Assembly: GCA_003152105.1 (NCBI GenBank)
Contig: PLZJ01000003.1
Location: forward strand, 70,899-134,898
Source of the DNA: Candidatus Levyibacteriota bacterium
GTDB lineage: Bacteria > Patescibacteriota > Microgenomatia > Levybacterales > UBA12049
Length of the DNA: 64,000 bases
Reading direction: 5' to 3'
Shown in pieces: positions 52,482 to 62,107 of this stretch (position 1 is the first letter of the stretch; the number at the start of each line of letters is the position of its first letter). The translations under genes and the position numbers were made by a program. A model generated the notes under the pieces. It searched no databases. It was not told the DNA's origin and was given only the letters and a program-made list of their open reading frames with translations.

Positions 52482-52736
52482 ATGGACATACTATTCATGA
52501 TTGTTCTTGGAGCAATTGCAGGATTTCTCGCCTCATATATTATGAAGAGTTCAACAGGTATTCTGATGGATATAATACTTGGAATAGTTGGCGCACTCGT
52601 TGGAGGCATGATATTTAATCTATTCGGACAAAGTGGTGTAACAGGATTTAATCTCTGGAGCATATTTGTCTCAGTAATAGGTGCTGTTGTAGTCATAGGA
52701 CTTGCACGCATGTTTACTGGCAGGAGTGTAGCATAA
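52482..52736 (+). CDS. GlsB/YeaQ/YmgE transglycosylase-associated protein
   Basis: GAIAGFLA...DIILGIVGALVGG. Confidence 0.92.
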   Translation: MDILFMIVLGAIAGFLASYIMKSSTGILMDIILGIVGALVGGMIFNLFGQSGVTGFNLWSIFVSVIGAVVVIGLARMFTGRSVA

Positions 52737-52751
52737 TTAGACAATCATTAA

Positions 52752-52786
52752 GCCCCGTAGAGATTATCGGCTCTGCGGGGTTTTTT
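52752..52786 (+). terminator. intrinsic terminator
   Basis: CCCCGTAGAG...CTCTGCGGGG-TTTTTT. Confidence 0.8.
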
Positions 52787-52800
52787 GTGTAAAAATGTGG

Positions 52801-53016
52801 TTAATATGAAGAAGGAGTAGTTACTGAGGATTGAACTTTTAACTGATTCATATCTGTTTGATATAAATACCAGATTGCACAGTATATGGCAAGAAGTAGA
52901 AGAACAAGTACGACAACAATAACAAGCGCATGTTTTGCCAATGGGGAATGGTGTGTTTTGTAATTTGCGTCTCTATGAAAAGAGGTGAGTTGTGTTGTTT
53001 TTTGATTTTCTTCCAT
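52801..53016 (-). CDS. single-TM hypothetical protein
   Basis: One hydrophobic helix. Confidence 0.55.
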   Translation of the reverse strand: MEENQKTTQLTSFHRDANYKTHHSPLAKHALVIVVVLVLLLLAIYCAIWYLYQTDMNQLKVQSSVTTPSSY

Positions 53017-53064
53017 ATAGTTACCATACCACTTCTCCTTAAAAAGTAAAAGAGTGAAATAGTA

Positions 53065-53319
53065 CTATGATGTTATTCTAGTCTTCGCAAGTTCTATTAC
53101 TAAGTACATTCCTGCTTTTGAAATATCTCGTTGCTCAATATATAACCTAAAGCGCGCTTGAATCCCAATATCGGGGAGCTTAATGTCTCCAAACGTATCT
53201 TCTTTAATAGTTGCGGGGATATGTGCTTTTTGCAAAATAGCCTTTGCCAAAAGCGCTTGTTCTTTTGTTTTAAATATTCTAATGCACCGTGGTCTTTGCA
53301 TACATATAGTATACCCCAA
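53065..53319 (-). CDS. DUF2007-like small protein
   Basis: F...QALLAKAILQKAHIPA...RLYI...DISKA; start uncertain. Confidence 0.55.
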   Translation of the reverse strand: MGYTICMQRPRCIRIFKTKEQALLAKAILQKAHIPATIKEDTFGDIKLPDIGIQARFRLYIEQRDISKAGMYLVIELAKTRITS

Positions 53320-53372
53320 GTGTCAAATCAAAGGTAGTCGATTAGACCGCAAGTATGATATAATCACTGAAG

Positions 53373-53885
53373 ATGTCAGAAAGAGATCAAGGAATACACC
53401 ACGCCCCAAGCATTGCAGAAGCAGAAGTTTTTTTCACTTCTTATTTACAAGGAAACCCCAATTTTTCATTACCTGAAGCAAGAAGTGTTTATCAAAGTGC
53501 CATTCGATCTATAATACAAAAAGAGCGAAAAAGTTTTTATCCCGATATTGTAGGGTATTGGAAACAAAATGCAAAACTTGTTGCCCCAGCAGTTGCAATG
53601 GAGCTTGACCCCGAAACTGGTGAAAATGGAATATCAGCGCTTTGGATTGAACAACACAAAGATTCGGTCGTTGGAAAAAATGTAGCAGAGAAAGTTTCGG
53701 AAATTCATGCAGATCCACAATTTATCATTGATTTTACCGATATACGCCCACATCTTTTTATTGATGCTCCAGATCAAACAGAAAAAATTCTTAGTACCGC
53801 AACACTGCTTGGGCAGCTTGGTTATCATGTCGATGTAACGCCAGACGGAGATATTTTCTACAAAAAAGAAGAACTACGATCATAA
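53373..53885 (+). CDS. hypothetical protein
   Basis: TGATATAAT about 8 nt before ATG. Confidence 0.65.
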   Translation: MSERDQGIHHAPSIAEAEVFFTSYLQGNPNFSLPEARSVYQSAIRSIIQKERKSFYPDIVGYWKQNAKLVAPAVAMELDPETGENGISALWIEQHKDSVVGKNVAEKVSEIHADPQFIIDFTDIRPHLFIDAPDQTEKILSTATLLGQLGYHVDVTPDGDIFYKKEELRS

Positions 53886-53896
53886 GTATCCCTCAA

Positions 53897-54763
53897 TTAT
53901 TCATGTAATGTACTTTTCTGTTCAATATGTTTTGGCGCATGCAATGGTGCGTGATACGTGTGTGGAAAAAATCTATGACCCCAGGTAATTGATATAAAAT
54001 AGGTAAGTGAAGCAAGTGTTGCAATATAAAAACTTACGGGAAATTGTCCAAATAAAGCAAGCAGTAATCCTCCCCATGTAAAAAATAAAGATAACACTAC
54101 TGAAATAAGTATGGCGGAGGAAGGTTTTTTTGTAATATGCTGTGCTGCTGCTGCTGGTGCAATAAGTAGAGCAAAGATAAGTAAAATACCAACAACTTGA
54201 ATTGCTTCGGCAATGGTAACTGCTAAAAGCAACATAAAGACAATGGAAAGCAACGAAACAGGAACTCCACGTGCTTGTGCTACTTCTGGATCAATTGAAG
54301 AAAAGAGTAATGGTCTATAGAGAAATGCGAGAATACAAAGTATAACAATACCAAAAATTAAGGTAAGTAAAACATCAAACCCGGTAACGCTGAGTATCGA
54401 TCCAAATAATACTCCTATTGCCTCAGTTGAAGAGCTCGTATATAAATGTAGGAATAATACGCCAAGACCTAGTGCAAATGACAATATCATTCCAACTTCA
54501 ATATCTCTTCCTTGTAATCGTTTCCCAAGTGCACCCATAGAAAAAGCTGCAATAAGTGTAAAGATAATCATGCCAAGAAGTGAACTTACACCAAGAAGTG
54601 CGGCGCCTGTGGCTCCTGCAAACCCAATATCAGTTAAAGATTCAGCGGCAAAAGACTGAGCGCGAAGTACAACAAAATATCCTACAATTGCCGAAACAAT
54701 CCCAATAATGGTTCCTGCCAAAAAAGCGTTTTGTATAAATGCTTGATGCAAAAGTGTTATCAT
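53897..54763 (-). CDS. metal ABC transporter permease (ZnuB-like)
   Basis: LFGSIL, DPEVAQARGV, QVVGILL. Confidence 0.92.
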   Translation of the reverse strand: MITLLHQAFIQNAFLAGTIIGIVSAIVGYFVVLRAQSFAAESLTDIGFAGATGAALLGVSSLLGMIIFTLIAAFSMGALGKRLQGRDIEVGMILSFALGLGVLFLHLYTSSSTEAIGVLFGSILSVTGFDVLLTLIFGIVILCILAFLYRPLLFSSIDPEVAQARGVPVSLLSIVFMLLLAVTIAEAIQVVGILLIFALLIAPAAAAQHITKKPSSAILISVVLSLFFTWGGLLLALFGQFPVSFYIATLASLTYFISITWGHRFFPHTYHAPLHAPKHIEQKSTLHE

Positions 54764-55575
54764 TTTTTCCCTCTCTTCCCATACTGGTTCGTATATAGTC
54801 GAATGGGAACATATATCCCAAATGAGAGTGCAGCAATATAAAAACTAACTGGAATAGTTGAAGTTAATGCAAAAAATATCCCAAGCCACGTATACAAAAC
54901 ACCAAGAATAATTGCTAACAGAATAGCTCTACTAGGTGAATGTACGATACGTATTGCCGTTGCTGGTGGCCCAACTAAAAGCGTGAATATGAGTAAAACA
55001 CCAACAACTTGCACTGCTACAGATACTGTAATTGCAACAAGTATAAGAAAAAGTATTGCCAAAAGCCTCACTGGCACGCCTCTTGCTTGTGCTACCTCAG
55101 GATCAAATGAAGAAAATAATAATGGTCTATACATTACCAAAAGAGCAGTAAATGTTATAAGACAAAATAAACAGGTTATTAAAACATCAAACCTCGTGAT
55201 ACCAAGAATTGTTCCAAATAAAATACTGTATGCTCGCTGTGCATATCCATTATAGAGAGACAGGAATAGAGAACCAAGCCCAAGCACAAATACCATTAAA
55301 ATACCAATCGTAATATCACGTTCACGGAGTTGTTTTCCTAAATACCCAATTGCAATGCCCGAGGTAACGGTAAAAAAAAGCAAACCAAATACTGGATCAA
55401 TACCAAGCACAAGTGCGCCCGCAGCTCCAGCAAATCCCATTTGAGACAATGCATGTCCAGCAAAAGTAAGTCCTCTTGCAAGCAAAAAATACCCAACAAA
55501 AGCTGCAATTACTGCAACAAGTGTACCTGCCAAAAAAGCGTTTTGCACAAAGGGATAGAGAAGAAGTGTTATCAT
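54760..55575 (-). CDS. metal ABC transporter permease (ZnuB-like)
   Basis: Paralog of the neighbour; FAGHAL, DPEVAQARGV. Confidence 0.92.
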   Translation of the reverse strand: MITLLLYPFVQNAFLAGTLVAVIAAFVGYFLLARGLTFAGHALSQMGFAGAAGALVLGIDPVFGLLFFTVTSGIAIGYLGKQLRERDITIGILMVFVLGLGSLFLSLYNGYAQRAYSILFGTILGITRFDVLITCLFCLITFTALLVMYRPLLFSSFDPEVAQARGVPVRLLAILFLILVAITVSVAVQVVGVLLIFTLLVGPPATAIRIVHSPSRAILLAIILGVLYTWLGIFFALTSTIPVSFYIAALSFGIYVPIRLYTNQYGKRGKK

Positions 55576-55577
55576 AG

Positions 55578-56345
55578 CTATAGCTCTGCACCAACTACGA
55601 AAATACGATTTTTTGCTCTTATCACTTCAACGTCAGTTGCATAGAGCGTGGATAATGTTTTTGTCGTAATAACTTCATCTGGAACCCCAATTGCTGACTT
55701 ACCGTTTGCCATAAATATTACGCGGTCAACAAAAGGAAGTAGGGGATTAATATCATGAGAAACAAGAAGAATGGTTACTCCTCTGTCTTTAGAAAGTGAT
55801 ACAAGCAGCGATACGATTTCATTACTATGATTAATATCCAAATTTGACAAGGGTTCATCAAGAAGCAATATACGAGGGTCGGTAATAAGTGCCTGAGCTA
55901 TAAGTAATCGTTGCTGTTCTCCACCAGACAATCTTCCAACTGGAGTTGCGCTATACCTTTCCATATCTACTTCCGAAAGTGCTTTTTTTATTTTTTCAGT
56001 TCTTTTTTTGTTTGGCAATCCAAATCCCCATTTATTACCATCTAATCCAAACCCTACTACATCGCAGGCACGAAGCGCCAAATCTGTTTCCAATACTCTG
56101 TGTTGTGGTGCATAACCAATTTCATTATTTCCTTTTGTTGGCTTTTTCCCAAGAAGCGATATGCTTCCAGAAGTAGGGGTAAGTAAACCAAGAAGTAACT
56201 TAAGTAGCGTGCTTTTTCCCGCTCCGTTTGGTCCAAGAATTGCGATAAATTCACCTTGCGCAATTTCAAGCGTCACATCTGTTAGTATTGGTTTATCAGA
56301 AAGCCTAATGGAAAGGTTTTTAATTTCTATATGATTTTTTTCCAT
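55578..56345 (-). CDS. metal ABC transporter ATPase (ZnuC-like)
   Basis: GPNGAGKST, LSGGEQQR, LLLDEP. Confidence 0.93.
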   Translation of the reverse strand: MEKNHIEIKNLSIRLSDKPILTDVTLEIAQGEFIAILGPNGAGKSTLLKLLLGLLTPTSGSISLLGKKPTKGNNEIGYAPQHRVLETDLALRACDVVGFGLDGNKWGFGLPNKKRTEKIKKALSEVDMERYSATPVGRLSGGEQQRLLIAQALITDPRILLLDEPLSNLDINHSNEIVSLLVSLSKDRGVTILLVSHDINPLLPFVDRVIFMANGKSAIGVPDEVITTKTLSTLYATDVEVIRAKNRIFVVGAEL

Positions 56346-56363
56346 AGTATAAGTATAGTATAT

Positions 56364-57266
56364 TTACTGTGAAGATAGTGAGCTCTCAAGCGTGTCTAGC
56401 TGTTGAAGCATCCAGTCCTGATACGAAGTGTTTTTAGGCATTGTTTCAGAAACAAATACGACTGGTATGTGTTGCTCTTTTGCTTCGTTTTCTAAATTGG
56501 TAGTAATTGGTGTAATTGTTTGACTATTTACGATTAGTATTTTTATTTGTTTTTGGATAACTTGCGTATTTGCTAAAGAAACACTCGATGCTAACGGATC
56601 ATTTCCTTCAGCAACCGCTTTTTCAAAATCAAAAGGAGTAAGTACTGAAAGCCCTTCTGGATTAGATTGATATAAGTATATTGTTTCAGTGAGTCCAACC
56701 GGTGTATTAGCAAATTTTGCTTTAATGTCATTTATTTTGTCTTTTATAGGAGATAGTGAGAGAAGAAATGTTTGCAAATTTTGGTCATATTCTTTGCTGT
56801 TTTGAGGATCAATCTTTTTAAGATGAGAAGTTATAGAAGCGGCGAATGAAGTAACATTATCAATGCCATACCACACGTGAGGATTATCTGGTAATTTGTG
56901 AGGAGCAATATTACCCATAATTAAAACAGTTCTCTTATTATTTGGGGACGCATTTACTAATTTATCCATCCATGAATCATATGATAATCCGTTTTCTATA
57001 ATCAAAGATGCATTCGCAACTGCTACTGCATCAGGAACGCTTGATTCATATTCATGTGGATCTGCATTTGGATCTGAGAGAATACTTTTTACAACTACAT
57101 GAGAACCTCCAAGTTGCTCTGCTATATCTCCGTAAAAATTTTCTGCAGCAACTATTTGAATATGTGACGTAGAAGGTGAAAGAGATTGTGAACTAGTAAG
57201 AAGAAAATAAATAATAAAGGCTATAACAGCGATACCTATAAAGATGCCAAAAATTCTCGTAAACAT
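56364..57266 (-). CDS. metal ABC substrate-binding protein (ZnuA/TroA-like)
   Basis: DPHEYE, NPHVW. Confidence 0.92.
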   Translation of the reverse strand: MFTRIFGIFIGIAVIAFIIYFLLTSSQSLSPSTSHIQIVAAENFYGDIAEQLGGSHVVVKSILSDPNADPHEYESSVPDAVAVANASLIIENGLSYDSWMDKLVNASPNNKRTVLIMGNIAPHKLPDNPHVWYGIDNVTSFAASITSHLKKIDPQNSKEYDQNLQTFLLSLSPIKDKINDIKAKFANTPVGLTETIYLYQSNPEGLSVLTPFDFEKAVAEGNDPLASSVSLANTQVIQKQIKILIVNSQTITPITTNLENEAKEQHIPVVFVSETMPKNTSYQDWMLQQLDTLESSLSSQ

Positions 57267-57277
57267 GCTCTAAGTAT

Positions 57278-57296
57278 AATGCAACTCAGATGCATT
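57278..57296. promoter_or_regulatory. putative Fur/Zur box
   Basis: 9-1-9 inverted repeat AATGCAACT-C-AGATGCATT within the znuA-like promoter. Confidence 0.7.
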
Positions 57297-57364
57297 TGTC
57301 AAGTAGGGAAATTTATATTTGAAGAGCTCAGTTTTTCTTCAGCTACTTGTTGTATACTCTTATT

Positions 57365-57439
57365 ATGAACATAATTACCGGTTCATTACTGCTACTCTTA
57401 TTAGGGACAGCTGGCATGGTACTTGTAAATGGTGGATAA
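57365..57439 (+). CDS. putative 24-aa hydrophobic peptide
   Basis: TATACT 6 nt upstream; MNIITGSLLLLLLGTAGMVLVNGG. Confidence 0.35.
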   Translation: MNIITGSLLLLLLGTAGMVLVNGG

Positions 57440-57458
57440 AGAATAAGAAAAAAGTTAT

Positions 57459-57893
57459 TTAGGAACCGATATTTTCTTTTAGCAACTTTGAGCACTTTTC
57501 GCATAATCCATAAAACTCTAAGCTATGGCGCAAAATTCGAATGTGTTTTTTAGCTGATATTTCTTTTTCTAATGCTTCAATATTGCAATCTGATATATCC
57601 TCAATTGTTCCACAGTTATCACAAATGAAATGATGGTGATCGGTAGTAAATAGTTCATATCTTGCTTTCCCTTCCCCAAATTCAAGCTTACGAACAATAC
57701 CATGCTTTGTTAACACATTTAACATACGAAATACTGTCACTCGGTCAATGCCAAGTTTTTTCTCCAATTTCTCAACTAAAAACGCTGCGTCAACGGGTGT
57801 ATTTACTTGAGAAAGTAACGATAACAGTTCTCGTCTTGCACTAGTTGATTTTAAATGATGACCGGATAATGTTTTGACAATGTCTTTTTGCAT
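57459..57893 (-). CDS. Fur/Zur family regulator
   Basis: TVFRML, HHHFICDNCG, FYGLCEKC. Confidence 0.93.
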   Translation of the reverse strand: MQKDIVKTLSGHHLKSTSARRELLSLLSQVNTPVDAAFLVEKLEKKLGIDRVTVFRMLNVLTKHGIVRKLEFGEGKARYELFTTDHHHFICDNCGTIEDISDCNIEALEKEISAKKHIRILRHSLEFYGLCEKCSKLLKENIGS

Positions 57894-57924
57894 GCACCTA
57901 TTATACCACCACGCTTATAAATAA

Positions 57925-59031
57925 CTATTGAGGAGTTGAGGAATAGGGAAGCATATGTGAAGGACTTGCTTGAGAATTATTTTGATTTTCAACTGATTCT
58001 AAATTCTTTTCTATACCCATATTCATTGGATCCAGTGAATGTGCATATGTTAATTCCTGAATTGCTTCGCTTTTATTTCCAAGTGCAAAAAGCGCTAAGC
58101 CTTTATCATTATGTGCCCAGTCGTATGTTGGATTAAGCGTTATAGATTTATTTGCATATATGAGTGCCTGATTATTGTTATTTTCAGAAAGCGCTATTGA
58201 TGAAAGCGCAGCGTAAGGGGCAAAATATGATGGGTTAAGTGAAATTGCAAAATTTTCTTCACTTGTTCCCTGTATTACATTATCTGTTGCAACATATGAC
58301 ATGCCAATCCAATAATGTGCTTCTGCTTTTTGCCCAGGCGTTATAGCCTCAGTTAATGCTTTACTCGCAAGTTGCAATGATGTTGAAAAATTACCATTAT
58401 TCCAATTTTCTGACGCTTCAGAAATATCGCTATTATAGGGAATTGATCGTGTTTCCAAACTCATTTGCTTTGTATTTGTGGAACTTGTTAGAAAGATAAA
58501 AAATAATCCAATTACGACAATAAATAATAAGATAAAAAGTACAACTGGTAGAGTAATTAAGATTTTTACCCATATTGGCCACTTTTTAAGCCACATCCAC
58601 ATAGTAATAACTCCTGCAGGATAAAAAGTAAGTAGTAAAACCGCAGTTATTACCATATATGTATCAGTAGAGGTATCTAGTGATTTTTCTTTTGCCAGAT
58701 TGGTCTTATTGCCTTGCTTATATATATGAAAATACCAATAAAAGGGGAGTGCAAACGTATTTCCTATTATAATGAGCACCATCCATAATAGCTTTTTGTT
58801 CTCATCAAGCATCTCATTTTGCATTACCAAAATACAATAATAGATAATAAGTCCAAAAATGAGCAGAATCATTGCAAAATGAACAACGATGAGAGTTGGA
58901 AAGAAAACGAGAAATGAACTCCCTGGATTACCTCCAGATGCAATATGGACAAAGGCTGAAATAAATAGAGCAAAAAAGACAACTATATAAAGTAAGGGCA
59001 GAATTGAAAGTATTCCAAGAAAATATTTCAT
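57925..59031 (-). CDS. membrane protein with C-terminal TPR repeats
   Basis: Five TM helices, then AEAHYWIG, WAHNDKGLAL. Confidence 0.8.
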   Translation of the reverse strand: MKYFLGILSILPLLYIVVFFALFISAFVHIASGGNPGSSFLVFFPTLIVVHFAMILLIFGLIIYYCILVMQNEMLDENKKLLWMVLIIIGNTFALPFYWYFHIYKQGNKTNLAKEKSLDTSTDTYMVITAVLLLTFYPAGVITMWMWLKKWPIWVKILITLPVVLFILLFIVVIGLFFIFLTSSTNTKQMSLETRSIPYNSDISEASENWNNGNFSTSLQLASKALTEAITPGQKAEAHYWIGMSYVATDNVIQGTSEENFAISLNPSYFAPYAALSSIALSENNNNQALIYANKSITLNPTYDWAHNDKGLALFALGNKSEAIQELTYAHSLDPMNMGIEKNLESVENQNNSQASPSHMLPYSSTPQ

Positions 59032-59089
59032 AATTAGAGTATCCTGCTAATTATTCCTCTTGTCAATTCAAAAAATCCAGCATACTAAA

Positions 59090-59112
59090 AGGCACACCGT
59101 TTGGTGTGCCTC
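59090..59112 (-). terminator. intrinsic terminator
   Basis: AGGCACACC-GTTT-GGTGTGCCT with a T tract on the minus strand. Confidence 0.75.
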
Positions 59113-59142
59113 CTAGCGCAACAGTATAGTATAGAACTTATG

Positions 59143-59676
59143 TTATGGTGATGGTGTAGGCGTTAATTTAGATTTCCACATGCCATGCATGCCACGTCCG
59201 CCAAATCCTGGCATAACGTATGCATAATTAATATTTTGTGAAGTTGCCCATGCCTTAAGATCTGACTGCATGCTTTGCATTGCAGTTCTTCTTTGCACCA
59301 TAGTTAGTGTTGTACTACTTAGATTATATTTTTGATATAAACTTGTTAGCTCTGCTTCGATTGCCGTTTTTTGATCAGCAGTAATTTTTCCACTGGTAAC
59401 CAGTGCTGAAAGTCTTTGGTCTTCACGTTGTTGCATTGTTTGTTGATTTGGTGCCCATGTCGGTCTTGTGTGTTTATGAGTTGATGTATATTGAGTAACA
59501 GCAGTTTTTACTTGTGTTTGATCTAAACCAAACTTTTGTGCAATAGCGGCAATAAGCCCTTCAAAGAAATTTCCCGAATTTGAACTATTAGCAGTTTGTG
59601 CATGTGCTTGTGAAACAAAACTAAGTGATCCAACAAGCAGTGTTGTAACAAATAAAAGTGATAGTTGTTTTTTCAA
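59143..59676 (-). CDS. secreted helical hypothetical protein
   Basis: Signal peptide ...QAHA; GGAGGTG SD with TTG start. Confidence 0.75.
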   Translation of the reverse strand: MKKQLSLLFVTTLLVGSLSFVSQAHAQTANSSNSGNFFEGLIAAIAQKFGLDQTQVKTAVTQYTSTHKHTRPTWAPNQQTMQQREDQRLSALVTSGKITADQKTAIEAELTSLYQKYNLSSTTLTMVQRRTAMQSMQSDLKAWATSQNINYAYVMPGFGGRGMHGMWKSKLTPTPSP

Positions 59677-59796
59677 TTGCTCACCTCCTCTCGTGTAATC
59701 TATATCAATACTACAGATAAAAACTTATAAAATGCTTAGAACTTTTAGCTTCAAATTACGTATATAGATGAGGTTTAGATTGTTTTAACAAGTAAA

Positions 59797-60675
59797 TTAG
59801 TCACTTTGCAAATCTGAATCACTATCTTCATGTAATAACATATAGCCATAATTTTCAACTGCAGTTATAGGAAATAACGAGTCTTTTTGTTCATCTTCAC
59901 CAGTAAATAATTCTTTGTCTTGTAAGCGCTTTTTAAGATATGCATAGCGTGCCAAATCGTCAACTGTAGGCTCACGGGTAGGCAGAATAACTGGCTCTAA
60001 ATCTTGTGCAAATTTACCACTCTCTACAGCTGCTTTTAATTTACTTAAGCTTTCTACTTCCAGTTTTTTCGTACGCATTCTTTCTTCTTCTTGACCGACT
60101 GCTATAGCAGGGTCATAATATGCAAGAAATGGTGGATTTAACATATCAAATATACCCTGCAAATACGCTTTCTTATATAATGGGTTTTCGAGTTTAGGAC
60201 TATGACTTAACTGTTCATATATTTTGTCTCCAAGCCAAGGAGATATGTTCCTTACATTACGAAAAAAGATCTTAAGGCCTGAATATCTATTCATTTCATT
60301 TACTGCATCAGGTTTTGTGGAATGCAAAATCCAATCATTACTCGTCCAACTAGGTACTAAAAATATGCCACTAGAATCAACCACATGTCGCGAAATATCC
60401 TTATTTGTAATAGTTTGTGTAAGAAATGGCTCGAAATTAGTATGAAACATTATATCTGCAATCATATTTCGACCTCTATTATAGGTAAGTGTTGCCCCAT
60501 AATCTTTAAAGGATCGAGACTGACCTTCTTGAAATGAAAAAAGAAGTGGATGTATTTCTTTAATTTTTCCTTCTATTCGAACTGAGGAAAGCGCATCAGA
60601 TTTGGCATGTTCATAATGGTGTACAAAACTATGCAGTACAGTAGGATCTTGTGTAAAACGTGCTCGTTCGCTCAT
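59797..60675 (-). CDS. hypothetical protein
   Basis: 292-aa ORF; TTGACA/TATGAT promoter. Confidence 0.7.
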   Translation of the reverse strand: MSERARFTQDPTVLHSFVHHYEHAKSDALSSVRIEGKIKEIHPLLFSFQEGQSRSFKDYGATLTYNRGRNMIADIMFHTNFEPFLTQTITNKDISRHVVDSSGIFLVPSWTSNDWILHSTKPDAVNEMNRYSGLKIFFRNVRNISPWLGDKIYEQLSHSPKLENPLYKKAYLQGIFDMLNPPFLAYYDPAIAVGQEEERMRTKKLEVESLSKLKAAVESGKFAQDLEPVILPTREPTVDDLARYAYLKKRLQDKELFTGEDEQKDSLFPITAVENYGYMLLHEDSDSDLQSD

Positions 60676-60732
60676 AGTGTCATATCATAAAAAAGGTACA
60701 ACAACTTGTCAATACAAAGAAATTAAAAAAGC

Positions 60733-61203
60733 TTAAATGAGGTTTTTGCGTCTAAAGAATACAAATGCTCCTACTGAACCAAGAAGTGCAACCATTCCAG
60801 TTAGTGTACCGAATTCAGGCACACTTGCAACTGAAAAATTAAAATCACCGGTTGCTAAGTAACTTACACCATTAAATTGTGGATCATTTGATACTAACTC
60901 ATTATCAGTAAGTGTTACGCCGTTATAGGTGGCTTTTTGCGTTGTACTATCTCCTTTAGTACATGACGAGATAGGAACTGTTATTTCATATAATCCATTT
61001 CCATCTGTGTGTGCAGTAGTTGAGTACGTAACATTATGATCAACGCAGGTAATCGAAACTGCTAGATTGTTAACAGGGGAACCATTATTATATGCGTTTC
61101 CTCGAATTACAGTATTTAAAGATGTCGCCTGAGCTGAAGTCGCAAAAAAAGATGCTGCTAAAAAAAGTGGGAGAGTAAATGAAAATACTAATTTCTTTGA
61201 CAT
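60733..61203 (-). CDS. secreted protein with PEF/PEP-CTERM-like sorting signal
   Basis: Signal peptide; C-terminal SVPEFG + TM + RRK. Confidence 0.8.
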   Translation of the reverse strand: MSKKLVFSFTLPLFLAASFFATSAQATSLNTVIRGNAYNNGSPVNNLAVSITCVDHNVTYSTTAHTDGNGLYEITVPISSCTKGDSTTQKATYNGVTLTDNELVSNDPQFNGVSYLATGDFNFSVASVPEFGTLTGMVALLGSVGAFVFFRRKNLI

Positions 61204-61289
61204 ATTTTGATTAAGTATGTTAATCATAATATCATTTCTAAATTATTTGTCAAGTCCTAATAAGCTAAACTCAGCAATACAAAGTTTCG

Positions 61290-61913
61290 TTATGCAATAT
61301 TTCCCGATGGAGCAGGGGATATAGTTCCAATTTTGGTAAGTCCGTACTCAGATAAATCTTCAGACGCACTCCACCATTCAATATCATATAATTCAACTTG
61401 TTCAAATGCAGTTTGTGTTAAGAAATGAAATATTGCTTCTTCAAATTCATTTGGAAAAGAAAGTTCTGGAGAAAGTATTGGTTGCATATAGTAATAATCA
61501 GGCCGTAAACTACGTTCTAATTGATTTTCTTTCCACACTCCTACAGATGGAATCCCTTCTGATATATCACAATGAGCTAAATTTGCAAAAAAGTCAGAGG
61601 CAAGCGCCATAAGTTTAGTTCGATCTTCAATTGCAACAGTAGGATCTGTTATCGATGCTTGTACAAATTGAGGCTGCTCGCGTCTTTTTTGCCATGATGG
61701 TTCGAATGTTTGTAATATATCAAGTATTTCTGTCTCATTTTCTGAATTATTAAATGCGTTTTCTAACACTTTGTACTGCGTACTTGTGGTAAAAGGAGGA
61801 GAATTATGAGTCCAAGACCCAACATTCTTCCTACCTTCATCTCGATCTGAATAGACAAGACGTAAACCTCCATGATCTTTTGGCGACAAATAAAAGAGTG
61901 GCTCTTCTTTCAT
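61290..61913 (-). CDS. hypothetical protein
   Basis: 207-aa ORF. Confidence 0.65.
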   Translation of the reverse strand: MKEEPLFYLSPKDHGGLRLVYSDRDEGRKNVGSWTHNSPPFTTSTQYKVLENAFNNSENETEILDILQTFEPSWQKRREQPQFVQASITDPTVAIEDRTKLMALASDFFANLAHCDISEGIPSVGVWKENQLERSLRPDYYYMQPILSPELSFPNEFEEAIFHFLTQTAFEQVELYDIEWWSASEDLSEYGLTKIGTISPAPSGNIA

Positions 61914-62107
61914 ATAGAGTGAAAATAATACAGTATTAAAAACTATGCGTCAATAAAAATAGTTGATTTGGCAGTAGGGGGAAAGAAACAGTAGGTAGTA
62001 TATGCATGGCACGCATATGCATGTTTCTTTCTTTTTCATTGTTTCCAATGACCCTACTACCGTGTGCACCTCCTTTCATAGAATGATACTAAAAAACTGG
62101 GAAATCC

